64,000 nucleotides of DNA from assembly GCA_963666515.2 (NCBI GenBank), contig OY762897.2:4384001-4448000 (forward strand). The letters are read 5' to 3'. The notes under the pieces are model-generated. The model had not been told where the DNA came from and searched no databases. It saw only the letters and a list, made by a program, of their open reading frames with translations. The position numbers were made by a program, and so were the translations under genes. Positions 20,665 through 29,309 of the stretch are shown here, in pieces; position 1 is the first letter of the stretch, and each line of letters begins with the position of its first letter. Source of the DNA: Candidatus Binatia bacterium. GTDB taxonomy: Bacteria > Desulfobacterota > Binatia > UBA9968 > JAJDTQ01.

Positions 20665-21075
20665 CTATCCCGCGGGCGCGAACTTGTAGAGCGTCACCTC
20701 GTCGGTGACGTCCTCGAACACCACCTCCACCGGCTGGTCGCATTCGAGCCTGTCCGGCGACTCGTTCACTACGTTGCTCACCATCCGCGGCCCTTCATCC
20801 AGTTGGATGACCGCGAACACGTAGGGGATCTCCCCTTCGAAGCCCGGGTGGTACACGCGGTGGTAGACGCCGAACGAGTGGATCCTGCCGCGGCCCGAGG
20901 CCTTCTTCCAGTCCCACTCCGTGCTCCAGCAGTGCGGGCAGGTGGAGCCCGGAGGGAACCAGTAGCCGCCGCATTGGCGGCACTGCGGCAACAGCAGCTC
21001 GTGGCGCTTGCAGCCCTCCCAGAAGGGCTCGGACTCCACCGTGGGATACGGCAGGGGCTTGGCGTACTCGCTCAT
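20665..21075 (-). CDS. DUF35 Zn-ribbon/OB-fold protein
   Basis: PFWEG, CxxC...CPxC, ASGRGRIHSF, LDEGPRMVSN. Confidence 0.9.
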   Translation of the reverse strand: MSEYAKPLPYPTVESEPFWEGCKRHELLLPQCRQCGGYWFPPGSTCPHCWSTEWDWKKASGRGRIHSFGVYHRVYHPGFEGEIPYVFAVIQLDEGPRMVSNVVNESPDRLECDQPVEVVFEDVTDEVTLYKFAPAG

Positions 21076-22244
21076 GACGCCTCCCTTGCGAGGACCATGG
21101 CGGACTGGCAGGCGGTGTTGCCGCCGTGGCCACTCACCAAGGCGATCTCGCAGTCCTGCACCTGCCGGTCCGGGCCGTGCTCGCGCCGGACCTGCCGGAC
21201 GCCCTCCACGATCTGGAGCATGCCTTCGGTATGCCCCTCGGAGAGCTGCCCGCCCGAGGTGTTGGTGGGCAGCCGGCCGCCCAGCCGGAGCGCTCCCGAG
21301 GCTGCGAAGGGGCCGCCCTCGCCCTTCTCGCAGAAGCCGTAGTCCTCGAGCTGGAGCAGCACCATCTGTGTGAAGCAGTCGTAGAGCTGGGCCGTGTCCA
21401 CGTCCCCGGGGCCGATGCCGGCCATGCTGTAGGCCGCCTCGCCTGCCTCTTTGGCCCCGGTGGTGAGCATGTTGCTTTCCTCGAACCATCCGCTCAGCCG
21501 ATTGCCGAAGCCGAAGCCCATGACGTAGGCCGGAGGGTTCTTCAGGTCCCTGGCGCGCTCCGCGGAGGTCACCACCACCGCGGCGGCGCCGTCGATGTAG
21601 ATGCTGCAATCGTAGAGGCACAGCGGATCGACGATCATCCGGGCGTTCAGGTACTCTTCGATGGTCAGCGGTTTCTGGAAGAAGGCGTTGGGGTTGCGGC
21701 TCGCGTGCTCCCGGAACGCCACCGCGATGTGGCCAAGCTGCTCCTTGGTGGTGCCGTAGAGCTTCATGTGGCGCCGGGCCGACACCGCGTAGTTGGACGG
21801 AGCGCCGAACCAGCCGAACTCCGGCCCGAACTCGCCCTGGTTCTGGATGCCGATGTTGACCCGTTTCCGCGCCGCCTCGGTGCGGTGCGTCCGCGACCAG
21901 GTGTCCCGCCCGAACCCCACCACCGCCGTGGTGCACAGCCCCGCGTCGATGGCCATGCAGGCCATGGCCACGCCCAGCACTTGGCTGGCGCCGCCGTTGT
22001 CCGTGGACGTGCTGTAGGTGACGTTCAGTCCCAGCGCCGCGCCCACCCGCTGGTGGTGGCAGTAGACGTCGTCCGGCCCCCGCGTGATGAGCCCGTCCAC
22101 GTCCGCCTTGGTCAGCCCGGCGTCCGCGATGGCGTTCCGCGCCGCCACCGCGAACATCCCGATGGGTCCCATCTCCGGCACCTTGCCGAGCCTGCTGTGC
22201 CCCACTCCCGCGATGGCGTACTTGCCCCGAAGGTTGTTGCTCAT
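21072..22244 (-). CDS. SCP2-thiolase-like (Ltp2-like) protein
   Basis: AIAGVG, LYDCSIYIDGAAAVVV, LYDCFT, NTSGGQLSEG; overlaps DUF35 start (ATGA). Confidence 0.88.
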   Translation of the reverse strand: MSNNLRGKYAIAGVGHSRLGKVPEMGPIGMFAVAARNAIADAGLTKADVDGLITRGPDDVYCHHQRVGAALGLNVTYSTSTDNGGASQVLGVAMACMAIDAGLCTTAVVGFGRDTWSRTHRTEAARKRVNIGIQNQGEFGPEFGWFGAPSNYAVSARRHMKLYGTTKEQLGHIAVAFREHASRNPNAFFQKPLTIEEYLNARMIVDPLCLYDCSIYIDGAAAVVVTSAERARDLKNPPAYVMGFGFGNRLSGWFEESNMLTTGAKEAGEAAYSMAGIGPGDVDTAQLYDCFTQMVLLQLEDYGFCEKGEGGPFAASGALRLGGRLPTNTSGGQLSEGHTEGMLQIVEGVRQVRREHGPDRQVQDCEIALVSGHGGNTACQSAMVLAREAS

Positions 22245-22403
22245 GGAATTCCTCCTGGTGGTCCTCGGACCGGTCCGTCGATCCGAGAGCCACGATACAC
22301 GAAACCGGAGGGTTCGGCGAGGGTCGCGTAGCCATTGCCCAACTGCGAGTGCTATGAAAGAAAATGCGGAAACCAAGCTGAGCAACCCAGCCATCCGTAC
22401 CCC

Positions 22404-25400
22404 ATGAAACTCGAAGACCTCCAGCCCAACACCGCGGTACGCGGCATCCTCACCGACGGCATCGTCACGGTGGTCAGCGTCCAGTGGTTCGGCTCGGCGG
22501 CGCTGGAGCTGACCTACAAGACGCCGACCGGCAAGGTCGCCAACGAGCTGCTCTACCGCGACGACGAGCCGCGGCTCGATGTGGTGGAAGTCGGGCGTCC
22601 TTGGAGCTTTGACGGCGACGGTGCGCTGTTCCGCCTTGTTTCCGAGGCGCAACGCATCCGCTTGGCGCACCTGTTCGATCCCGTGCTGGCGGTCCACACT
22701 TCGGTCGTGGAACCGCTTCCGCACCAGATCACCGCCGTCTACGAGGCGATGCTGTCGCGCCAGCCGCTGCGTTTCCTGCTGGCGGACGACCCGGGGGCCG
22801 GCAAGACCATCATGGCGGGCCTCCTCATCAAGGAGTTGATGGCGCGAGGCGACCTGGAGCGTTGCCTGGTGGTCTGTCCCGGTAGCCTGGCGGAGCAATG
22901 GCAGGACGAGCTGTACCGCCGGTTCCATCTCCCTTTCGATATCCTCACCAACGACAAGCTCGAAGCAGCGCGCACCGGCAACTGGTTCCTGGAGACGCCT
23001 CTCGTCATCGCTCGCCTGGACAAGTTGTCGCGCGACGAAGACGTGCAGGCCAAGCTCAGCGCCCCCGATTGCGGCTGGGACCTCGTGGTATGCGATGAGG
23101 CGCACAAGCTGTCAGCCACCTTCTTCGGGGGCGAGATCAAGTACACGAAACGCTACCGGCTGGGGCAGCTCCTGTCAGGTCTGACACGGCACTTCCTGCT
23201 GATGACGGCGACGCCGCACAACGGCAAGGAAGAAGACTTTCAGCTATTCATGGCTTTGCTCGACGGTGACCGCTTCGAGGGCCGATTCCGGGACGGCGTC
23301 CACGTCACTGACGTCTCCGACCTGATGCGCCGCATGGTCAAGGAGCGTCTTCTGAAGTTCGACGGCAAGCCGCTCTTTCCGCAGCGGATCGCTTACACCG
23401 TCCCTTACAGACTGTCGGATGCAGAGGCCCGTCTTTACACCGACGTCACGGACTACGTGCGCGAGGAGTTCAACCGCGCAGAGGCGCTGGCCAACGCCAA
23501 GCGGGCGGGCACGGTGGGCTTCGCCCTGACGATCCTCCAGCGACGGCTCGCCTCGTCGCCGGAAGCTATCTACCAGTCGTTGCGCCGGCGGCGCGAGCGG
23601 CTGGAGAGCCGCCTGCGCGAGTTGGAGGTGCTGCAGCGAGGCCGACAGGAAACCTTCGTTCCGGCGTTGGACGGGCCACAGTTCGATGCGGAAGACGTCG
23701 AGGATATCGACGATGCGCCGGAGCAGGAGGTCGCCGAGGCGGAGGCCCATATCCTGGATCAGGCGACGGCCGCCCGCTCCATTTCAGAGCTCAAGGCGGA
23801 GATCGACACGTTGAGAGGGCTGGAGTCGCAAGCGTTGAGCGTGCGCCGAAGCGGCGGAGACACGAAGTGGCGGGAGTTGGCGAGCCTGCTCGGAGAAATC
23901 TTCACCCCGGCCGGACTTGCCGACCGGGTCCAGGACGATGCGGCGCCGTACGGTGCGGGTCCGATCCCGCCGCCGGTGCCGTCCCCGCGACAGAAGCTCG
24001 TGCTCTTCACCGAGCATCGCGACACCCTCAGCTACCTCCGGAGCCGCATCACCACCCTGCTGGGGCGTGAGACCTCGGTCGTGGTGATCCACGGCGGCAT
24101 GGGCCGGGAGGACCGCCTCAAGGCGGAAGAAGCGTTCCGGCACGATCCCGAGGTTCAAGTGTTGCTGGCGACGGATGCGGCAGGAGAAGGCATCAACCTG
24201 CAGCGCGCCCACCTGATGGTGAACTACGACCTGCCCTGGAACCCCAATCGCCTGGAGCAGCGATTCGGCCGCATCCACCGGATCGGCCAGACGGAAGTGT
24301 GCCACCTGTGGAACCTGGTGGCGGACGAGACACGGGAGGGCGACGTCTACCGCAAGCTGCTCGACAAGCTGGAGCAGGCGCGAGAGGCGTTGGGTGGGCA
24401 GGTATTCGACGTGCTCGGCAAGTTGGAGTTCGAAGGACGGCCGCTGCGCGAACTCCTGCTCGAAGCCATTCGGTATGGGGAGCAACCGGAGGTTCGGGCG
24501 CGTCTGGACACCGCGGTGGATCAGGCGCTGGATCGTCGCATGCTTCAGGACCTGCTGGAAGAGCGACAGTTGGTCCACGACGGCATGGACGCGGGCCGGC
24601 TCCACCGGATTCGTGAAGAGATGGAGCGGGCCGAAGCGCGCCGCCTTCAGCCGCACTACATCGAGTCGTTCTTCCGGGAGGCGTTCGAGCGCCTGGGCGG
24701 CTCGGTGCGGCAACGCGAGCCTCGCCGTTACCAAGTGACCCACGTCCCGGCGTTGATCCGCAACCGCGACCGGTTGATTGGCGTTCGTGAGCCGGTGCTG
24801 CCTCGCTATGAGCGCATCGCTTTCGAGAAACATCTGGTGGCGCCCCCGGGCCAGCCCCAGGCCGCCTTCGTTTGCCCCGGACATCCGTTGCTGGATGCGG
24901 TCATCGACCTGACCCTGGAGCGCCACCGCGACCTCCTGAAGCGGAGCACGGTGCTGGTGGACGAGGGCGACGGCGGGACCACTCCCCGCATGCTCTTCTT
25001 CGTCGAACATGCCGTGCAGGACGCGAGCCTCACCCGCACCGGCGAGCGGCGGGTCGTGTCGAAGCGGGTGCTGTACGTCGAGCTTGATGCGGACGGAGCG
25101 ACGCGCCACGTACACTATGCGCCGTATCTGGACTACCGGCCGCTGGCGGACGATGAACCGGGGGTCGAGGCCATCCTCGACCGTGAGGAGAGCGCGTGGA
25201 TTCGCAGGGACATGGAACAGACGGCGCTGGCGCATGCCGTCGAGAACGTCGTTCCCGAGCACCTGAAGGAAGTCCGCGACGCCAAGCTGGGCCTGATCGC
25301 CAAGACCGAGGCCGCGGTCAAGGACCGCCTGACCAAGGAGATTACCTACTGGGACCACCGGGCCGAACAGCTCAAGCTCCAGGAGCAAGCCGGCAAGACC

Positions 25401-25982
25401 GGTGCACGGCTCAATTCGGGAGAGGCGCGGAAGCGGGCGGATACTCTCCAGGTGCGGTTGCAGAAACGGCTGGCAGAGTTGAAGCTGGAAGCGCAGATCT
25501 CGCCATTGCCCCCGGTGGTGCTGGGAGGATTGCTGGTCCTTCCCATCGGCTTGATCGAGGCTATGTCTGATGGCGTCCCGGCGGCTGTCAAGTCGTCGAA
25601 GGATACCCAGGCGTCCGCTGCGCGTGCTCGTGCCGTCGTCATGGATGTGGAACGGGGCTTGGGGTTCGAGCCGACGGATCGCGAGTTCGAGAAGCTGGGG
25701 TACGACATCGAGAGCCGGGTGCCGGAGACCGGCAAGCTGCGGTTCATCGAGGTCAAGGGCCGTGTCAGCGGGGCCGCCTCCATCACTGTCACGCTCAACG
25801 AGATCCTCTACTCCTTGAACAAGCCCGACGACTTTATCCTCGCCATCGTCGAGTTCCTGGAGGACGACGGACACCGGGTCCACTATGTGCGACAACCGTT
25901 CCAACGAGAGCCGGACTTCGGCGTCACCAGCGTCAACTATGACTTCGGGGAGTTACTGGCGCGGGCGGAGGAGCCGAAGTAG
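22404..25982 (+). CDS. SNF2-family helicase with C-terminal DUF3883/NOV nuclease-like domain (HmaA-like)
   Basis: LADDPGAGKT, DEAH, TATPH, EGINLQ, EQRFGRIHRIGQ; C-terminal GYDIES...FIEVKG. Confidence 0.9.
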   Translation: MKLEDLQPNTAVRGILTDGIVTVVSVQWFGSAALELTYKTPTGKVANELLYRDDEPRLDVVEVGRPWSFDGDGALFRLVSEAQRIRLAHLFDPVLAVHTSVVEPLPHQITAVYEAMLSRQPLRFLLADDPGAGKTIMAGLLIKELMARGDLERCLVVCPGSLAEQWQDELYRRFHLPFDILTNDKLEAARTGNWFLETPLVIARLDKLSRDEDVQAKLSAPDCGWDLVVCDEAHKLSATFFGGEIKYTKRYRLGQLLSGLTRHFLLMTATPHNGKEEDFQLFMALLDGDRFEGRFRDGVHVTDVSDLMRRMVKERLLKFDGKPLFPQRIAYTVPYRLSDAEARLYTDVTDYVREEFNRAEALANAKRAGTVGFALTILQRRLASSPEAIYQSLRRRRERLESRLRELEVLQRGRQETFVPALDGPQFDAEDVEDIDDAPEQEVAEAEAHILDQATAARSISELKAEIDTLRGLESQALSVRRSGGDTKWRELASLLGEIFTPAGLADRVQDDAAPYGAGPIPPPVPSPRQKLVLFTEHRDTLSYLRSRITTLLGRETSVVVIHGGMGREDRLKAEEAFRHDPEVQVLLATDAAGEGINLQRAHLMVNYDLPWNPNRLEQRFGRIHRIGQTEVCHLWNLVADETREGDVYRKLLDKLEQAREALGGQVFDVLGKLEFEGRPLRELLLEAIRYGEQPEVRARLDTAVDQALDRRMLQDLLEERQLVHDGMDAGRLHRIREEMERAEARRLQPHYIESFFREAFERLGGSVRQREPRRYQVTHVPALIRNRDRLIGVREPVLPRYERIAFEKHLVAPPGQPQAAFVCPGHPLLDAVIDLTLERHRDLLKRSTVLVDEGDGGTTPRMLFFVEHAVQDASLTRTGERRVVSKRVLYVELDADGATRHVHYAPYLDYRPLADDEPGVEAILDREESAWIRRDMEQTALAHAVENVVPEHLKEVRDAKLGLIAKTEAAVKDRLTKEITYWDHRAEQLKLQEQAGKTGARLNSGEARKRADTLQVRLQKRLAELKLEAQISPLPPVVLGGLLVLPIGLIEAMSDGVPAAVKSSKDTQASAARARAVVMDVERGLGFEPTDREFEKLGYDIESRVPETGKLRFIEVKGRVSGAASITVTLNEILYSLNKPDDFILAIVEFLEDDGHRVHYVRQPFQREPDFGVTSVNYDFGELLARAEEPK

Positions 25983-25994
25983 AATGGATGACCG

Positions 25995-27704
25995 ATGGCC
26001 AAAGCCAACATCTTGAACACGCGGACGATCAACTACCTGGAGTTGATCGGCAACGGCAAGTCGTACCGGGTGCCTCCCTACCAGCGCGATTACTCGTGGT
26101 CGGAAGAGGAGTGGGAGGACCTTTGGAATGACATTGTCGAGTTGCAGCCCGACCCGGAGTCCGTCCATTACATGGGCGCCCTGGTGGTCGAGGGAAGCAA
26201 TGACCGCGAGTTCCTGATCATCGACGGCCAGCAGCGGCTTGCCACGCTCAGCCTGTTGGCCCTGGCCGTGATCGCCCGGTTGCAGGAAATGGCCGCGGCC
26301 GGCACGGACCCCGAGGCCAACGCCGCACGGGCTCAGGGCCTTCGCGACCGTTTCGTCGGCGAAAAGGATCCCGCATCGCTTACCGAGAGCAGCCGACTCT
26401 ACCTGAATGCCACGGACGACGCGTTTTATCAGGACTACCTGGTGCAACTACGGCAGCCATTGAACCCGCGCGGACTGCCGAAATCGAACCGACTCCTGTG
26501 GAAGTGTTTTGGATACTTCGCGGAGCGACTCGACGAGATGGAGGCGTTGAAAAACGATGGCCAGGCTCTGGCAAGCCTGTTGTCGGAAACAGTAGCCCGC
26601 CAACTAGCCTTCATCCTGATCACCGTCGACGATGAGCTTAACGCCTACACCGTGTTCGAGACTCTCAACGCACGCGGTCTGGAGCTGACCACGACGGATC
26701 TGCTGAAGAACTACCTCTTCTCCCGGGTCCGCGTGCCCACCGACCTGGATGCTCTCCAGCGTCGCTGGCAGCAGCTCATCGCCACCGTGGGACAGGAGCG
26801 TTTCCCAAGTTTTCTCCGTTACCATTTGCTGTGCGAACAGCCCAGGGTCCGAAGTCAGCGGCTCTTCAAGATGGTGCGCGACCAGACCAAGTCGGCCGCC
26901 GACGTGTTCGCCCTGCTGGACCAGTTGGAGAGCCGCGCAGAGCTCTTCGCCGCGGTCCTGGACCCAGGTCACGGCTACTGGATCGAATTACCCGCTGCGA
27001 GACAGTACATCCATGAGATTAACTTCTTCCGTGTGCAGCAGATGATGCCGCTGTTGTTTGCGGTTTGGGAGCGCTTTTCAAAGGCGAATTTCGTGCGGGT
27101 CTTGAAGCTCGTCAGCGTGATCTCGTTCCGGTACACGGTGGTCAGTGGGCTCAACACCAACCTGCTTGAGCCGGCCTATCACCGGGCCGCCAAGGCGGTG
27201 TTGGACGGCGAAGCGAGAACCCCTGCGGAGGTTTTCACGCTCCTCAAACCCATCTATCTTGACGACGCCAGGATGAAGCAGGACTTTGCTCTGTTGATCG
27301 TTGACACTGCGGGGCGGCGGGGCAAGCTCACCAAGTACATACTGGCCCGGCTTGAAGGCGACGCGTCCGGCCGCCTATGTGACCCCGACACCGATCCCGG
27401 CACCATCGAACATATCCTGCCCAGGAATCCCATAGACGCTTGGGGAGAGTCCTTCCCTCAAGGGTTGTGGGAAGAGTCCATCTACAGACTCGGCAACCTG
27501 ACCCTTCTGGAACCGGGCTCGAACCGCAACATCGGCAACGCTGTCTACGGCGAGAAGCTCGCGGCCTATGGCCGGAGCGGCTATACCTTGACCCGACGCA
27601 TTCCCGAGATCGCCCCAGAGCAGTGGACCCCGGCGTTGCTGGACCAGCGCCAACGGCAACTCGCGGAGCGTGCCGTGCATCTGTGGAGGGCGGATTTTGC
27701 GTGA
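25995..27704 (+). CDS. DUF262-DUF1524 GmrSD-like type IV restriction endonuclease
   Basis: PPYQRDYSW, IIDGQQR, FETLNARG, HNH-like IEHILP...LGNLTLL...N. Confidence 0.9.
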   Translation: MAKANILNTRTINYLELIGNGKSYRVPPYQRDYSWSEEEWEDLWNDIVELQPDPESVHYMGALVVEGSNDREFLIIDGQQRLATLSLLALAVIARLQEMAAAGTDPEANAARAQGLRDRFVGEKDPASLTESSRLYLNATDDAFYQDYLVQLRQPLNPRGLPKSNRLLWKCFGYFAERLDEMEALKNDGQALASLLSETVARQLAFILITVDDELNAYTVFETLNARGLELTTTDLLKNYLFSRVRVPTDLDALQRRWQQLIATVGQERFPSFLRYHLLCEQPRVRSQRLFKMVRDQTKSAADVFALLDQLESRAELFAAVLDPGHGYWIELPAARQYIHEINFFRVQQMMPLLFAVWERFSKANFVRVLKLVSVISFRYTVVSGLNTNLLEPAYHRAAKAVLDGEARTPAEVFTLLKPIYLDDARMKQDFALLIVDTAGRRGKLTKYILARLEGDASGRLCDPDTDPGTIEHILPRNPIDAWGESFPQGLWEESIYRLGNLTLLEPGSNRNIGNAVYGEKLAAYGRSGYTLTRRIPEIAPEQWTPALLDQRQRQLAERAVHLWRADFA

Positions 27705-27723
27705 TGGGCGTGGAATAGGCGTG

Positions 27724-29247
27724 TCAGATAGCCTCTCTTTCAAGTAGTTCCCGCCCGTTGGCCTCCGTTGAGAGCGGGTGTCTCAGAAAGTGGTTGTCAA
27801 GCGCAACACGGATAGCCTTCTCCTTGGCGTTTTTCGCGATTTGCGACACCGCTTGTCCGTCCTTCCAGTCGATGGTCGATTTCGTTCGCCGGTGCTTTTC
27901 ATCCCGGAGCTTTGCCAGAGCATCGCGCGTGAACGTGCCCGTTGTCCAGAGTTCAAACGAGTGCTGCGCCTCTCGAAACTGGTCGTGGTTCCTCAGGTAA
28001 TCACGAAACGTGGGAATACGGGCGAACCAATCCTCAACCTCGTCGAGTGTGACCTCACCACCAGGGCTCTTGGCCTTGCATTCGATGCAAATGCACTTTG
28101 CCTTCGACCGGACTTGCAGAACATCGATGTCGGCGGACTTCCCCGAACTGCGATCTCTCGCCGTGATCGCCATGTCCACGGAACGAGCGTCGAGTCTAGC
28201 GAGATACGCCACAATCAGTTCAAACAGGACACCACGGAGGTTCCCAGCCGCACCTTCTATCTCTGTCAGATCGTCCATCAATTCCGCCAGCTTGGCGGGG
28301 TTCGAAGCTGCGACTGCTGCTGCGTTTTTCAGGACCTGGATGAGAGACTGAAGAGCTCCCCCAACTCGACGGCCGAACAAGTTGGTTAGGGTGGCCATCA
28401 CCAGCCCCACCGTCTTGCCCGTCCGCAGGGCAGCGTTGGAGAACCCTTCCGCGATTAGAATGGGTAGGACGTGGACCGGGACCGAAGCCTTCAGAAGTTC
28501 AGCCTTGCGTATGAAGTAGCGAATATCGAACTCGTCCAGAACAGTGTCGACGAACACATCGGCAACTACAAACCCGGGCCTTCCTTCGCCACGTTTAAGG
28601 GGCAGGAGATAGCTGGGTGCGGTGAGGTCCCACTGAAATTGGCCGACAGTCCGCTTTTTCTTGTCTCCGCGAATCGCTACGGCGTTGTAGCTGACCATGC
28701 CGATCTTGCGCATCCACTCGCGCGCCCCATCCAGGACAATTCCCTCAGCAAGCTGCTTAGCGCGGAAGCCATCTCGGTCAGGTGCTCCAAGCGCCCAGAT
28801 GTCGGTAATGACAGAATCTCCGATGCCCAAGTGGTTGCCTCGCGTGACCATCCCGGCCTTGATCAAGGTGTCGAGCAGACGATCTGCAGCAATCTGGCCC
28901 TTCATTGCCAAGGGAGCGCCGCTGATAGTGGCGAATTCTTCAACGGGTATCACTCCACCACGGGCTACCAAAGCGTCAGTCGCGTGGCCGTATACCGAAT
29001 TCGTTTCCCGAAGTGCGCTTCGAAATGCTGTCCAGAATGATTCGGACGTGCGCTGCTCTTGGAGGTAGAGAAAGCCCTCTCCTTTCGGGAGAAGCTGGAT
29101 GGGAAATTTTCGAATGGGTGGTCTGGTTCTTGAAATTCTCTTGCGAGCAGCTTCGGGCGAGATACTCAACTCTGTTTGCAGCCATTCGGCTACCGCGCCT
29201 GACCGCATCGGGCCTTTGTTCTTGAGGAGACTGGCTATCGGATTCAT
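27724..29247 (-). CDS. Hypothetical protein: N-terminal HTH plus tandem Mrr-like PD-(D/E)xK domains
   Basis: 507 aa, lower GC; GVLFE...ADIDV...IECKAK...WTTGTFT; upstream degenerate WDL...VADV...IAEGFS. Confidence 0.7.
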   Translation of the reverse strand: MNPIASLLKNKGPMRSGAVAEWLQTELSISPEAARKRISRTRPPIRKFPIQLLPKGEGFLYLQEQRTSESFWTAFRSALRETNSVYGHATDALVARGGVIPVEEFATISGAPLAMKGQIAADRLLDTLIKAGMVTRGNHLGIGDSVITDIWALGAPDRDGFRAKQLAEGIVLDGAREWMRKIGMVSYNAVAIRGDKKKRTVGQFQWDLTAPSYLLPLKRGEGRPGFVVADVFVDTVLDEFDIRYFIRKAELLKASVPVHVLPILIAEGFSNAALRTGKTVGLVMATLTNLFGRRVGGALQSLIQVLKNAAAVAASNPAKLAELMDDLTEIEGAAGNLRGVLFELIVAYLARLDARSVDMAITARDRSSGKSADIDVLQVRSKAKCICIECKAKSPGGEVTLDEVEDWFARIPTFRDYLRNHDQFREAQHSFELWTTGTFTRDALAKLRDEKHRRTKSTIDWKDGQAVSQIAKNAKEKAIRVALDNHFLRHPLSTEANGRELLEREAI

Positions 29248-29309
29248 GATGTCACGCTACTTAATTTATAATAGTACTACCATGTCGCCCCTCCCAGTTC
29301 GACAGGTGA

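Noticed and set aside
22245-22403. attL-like duplication of the tRNA-Ala 3' end at the left island border
   Set aside because: Only TGGTGG matches, and no integrase is present
18175-23105. Apparent N-terminal extensions or fusions (18175-19830, 20665-22335, 21072-23105)
   Set aside because: The extensions overlap other genes; family homology begins at internal ATGs
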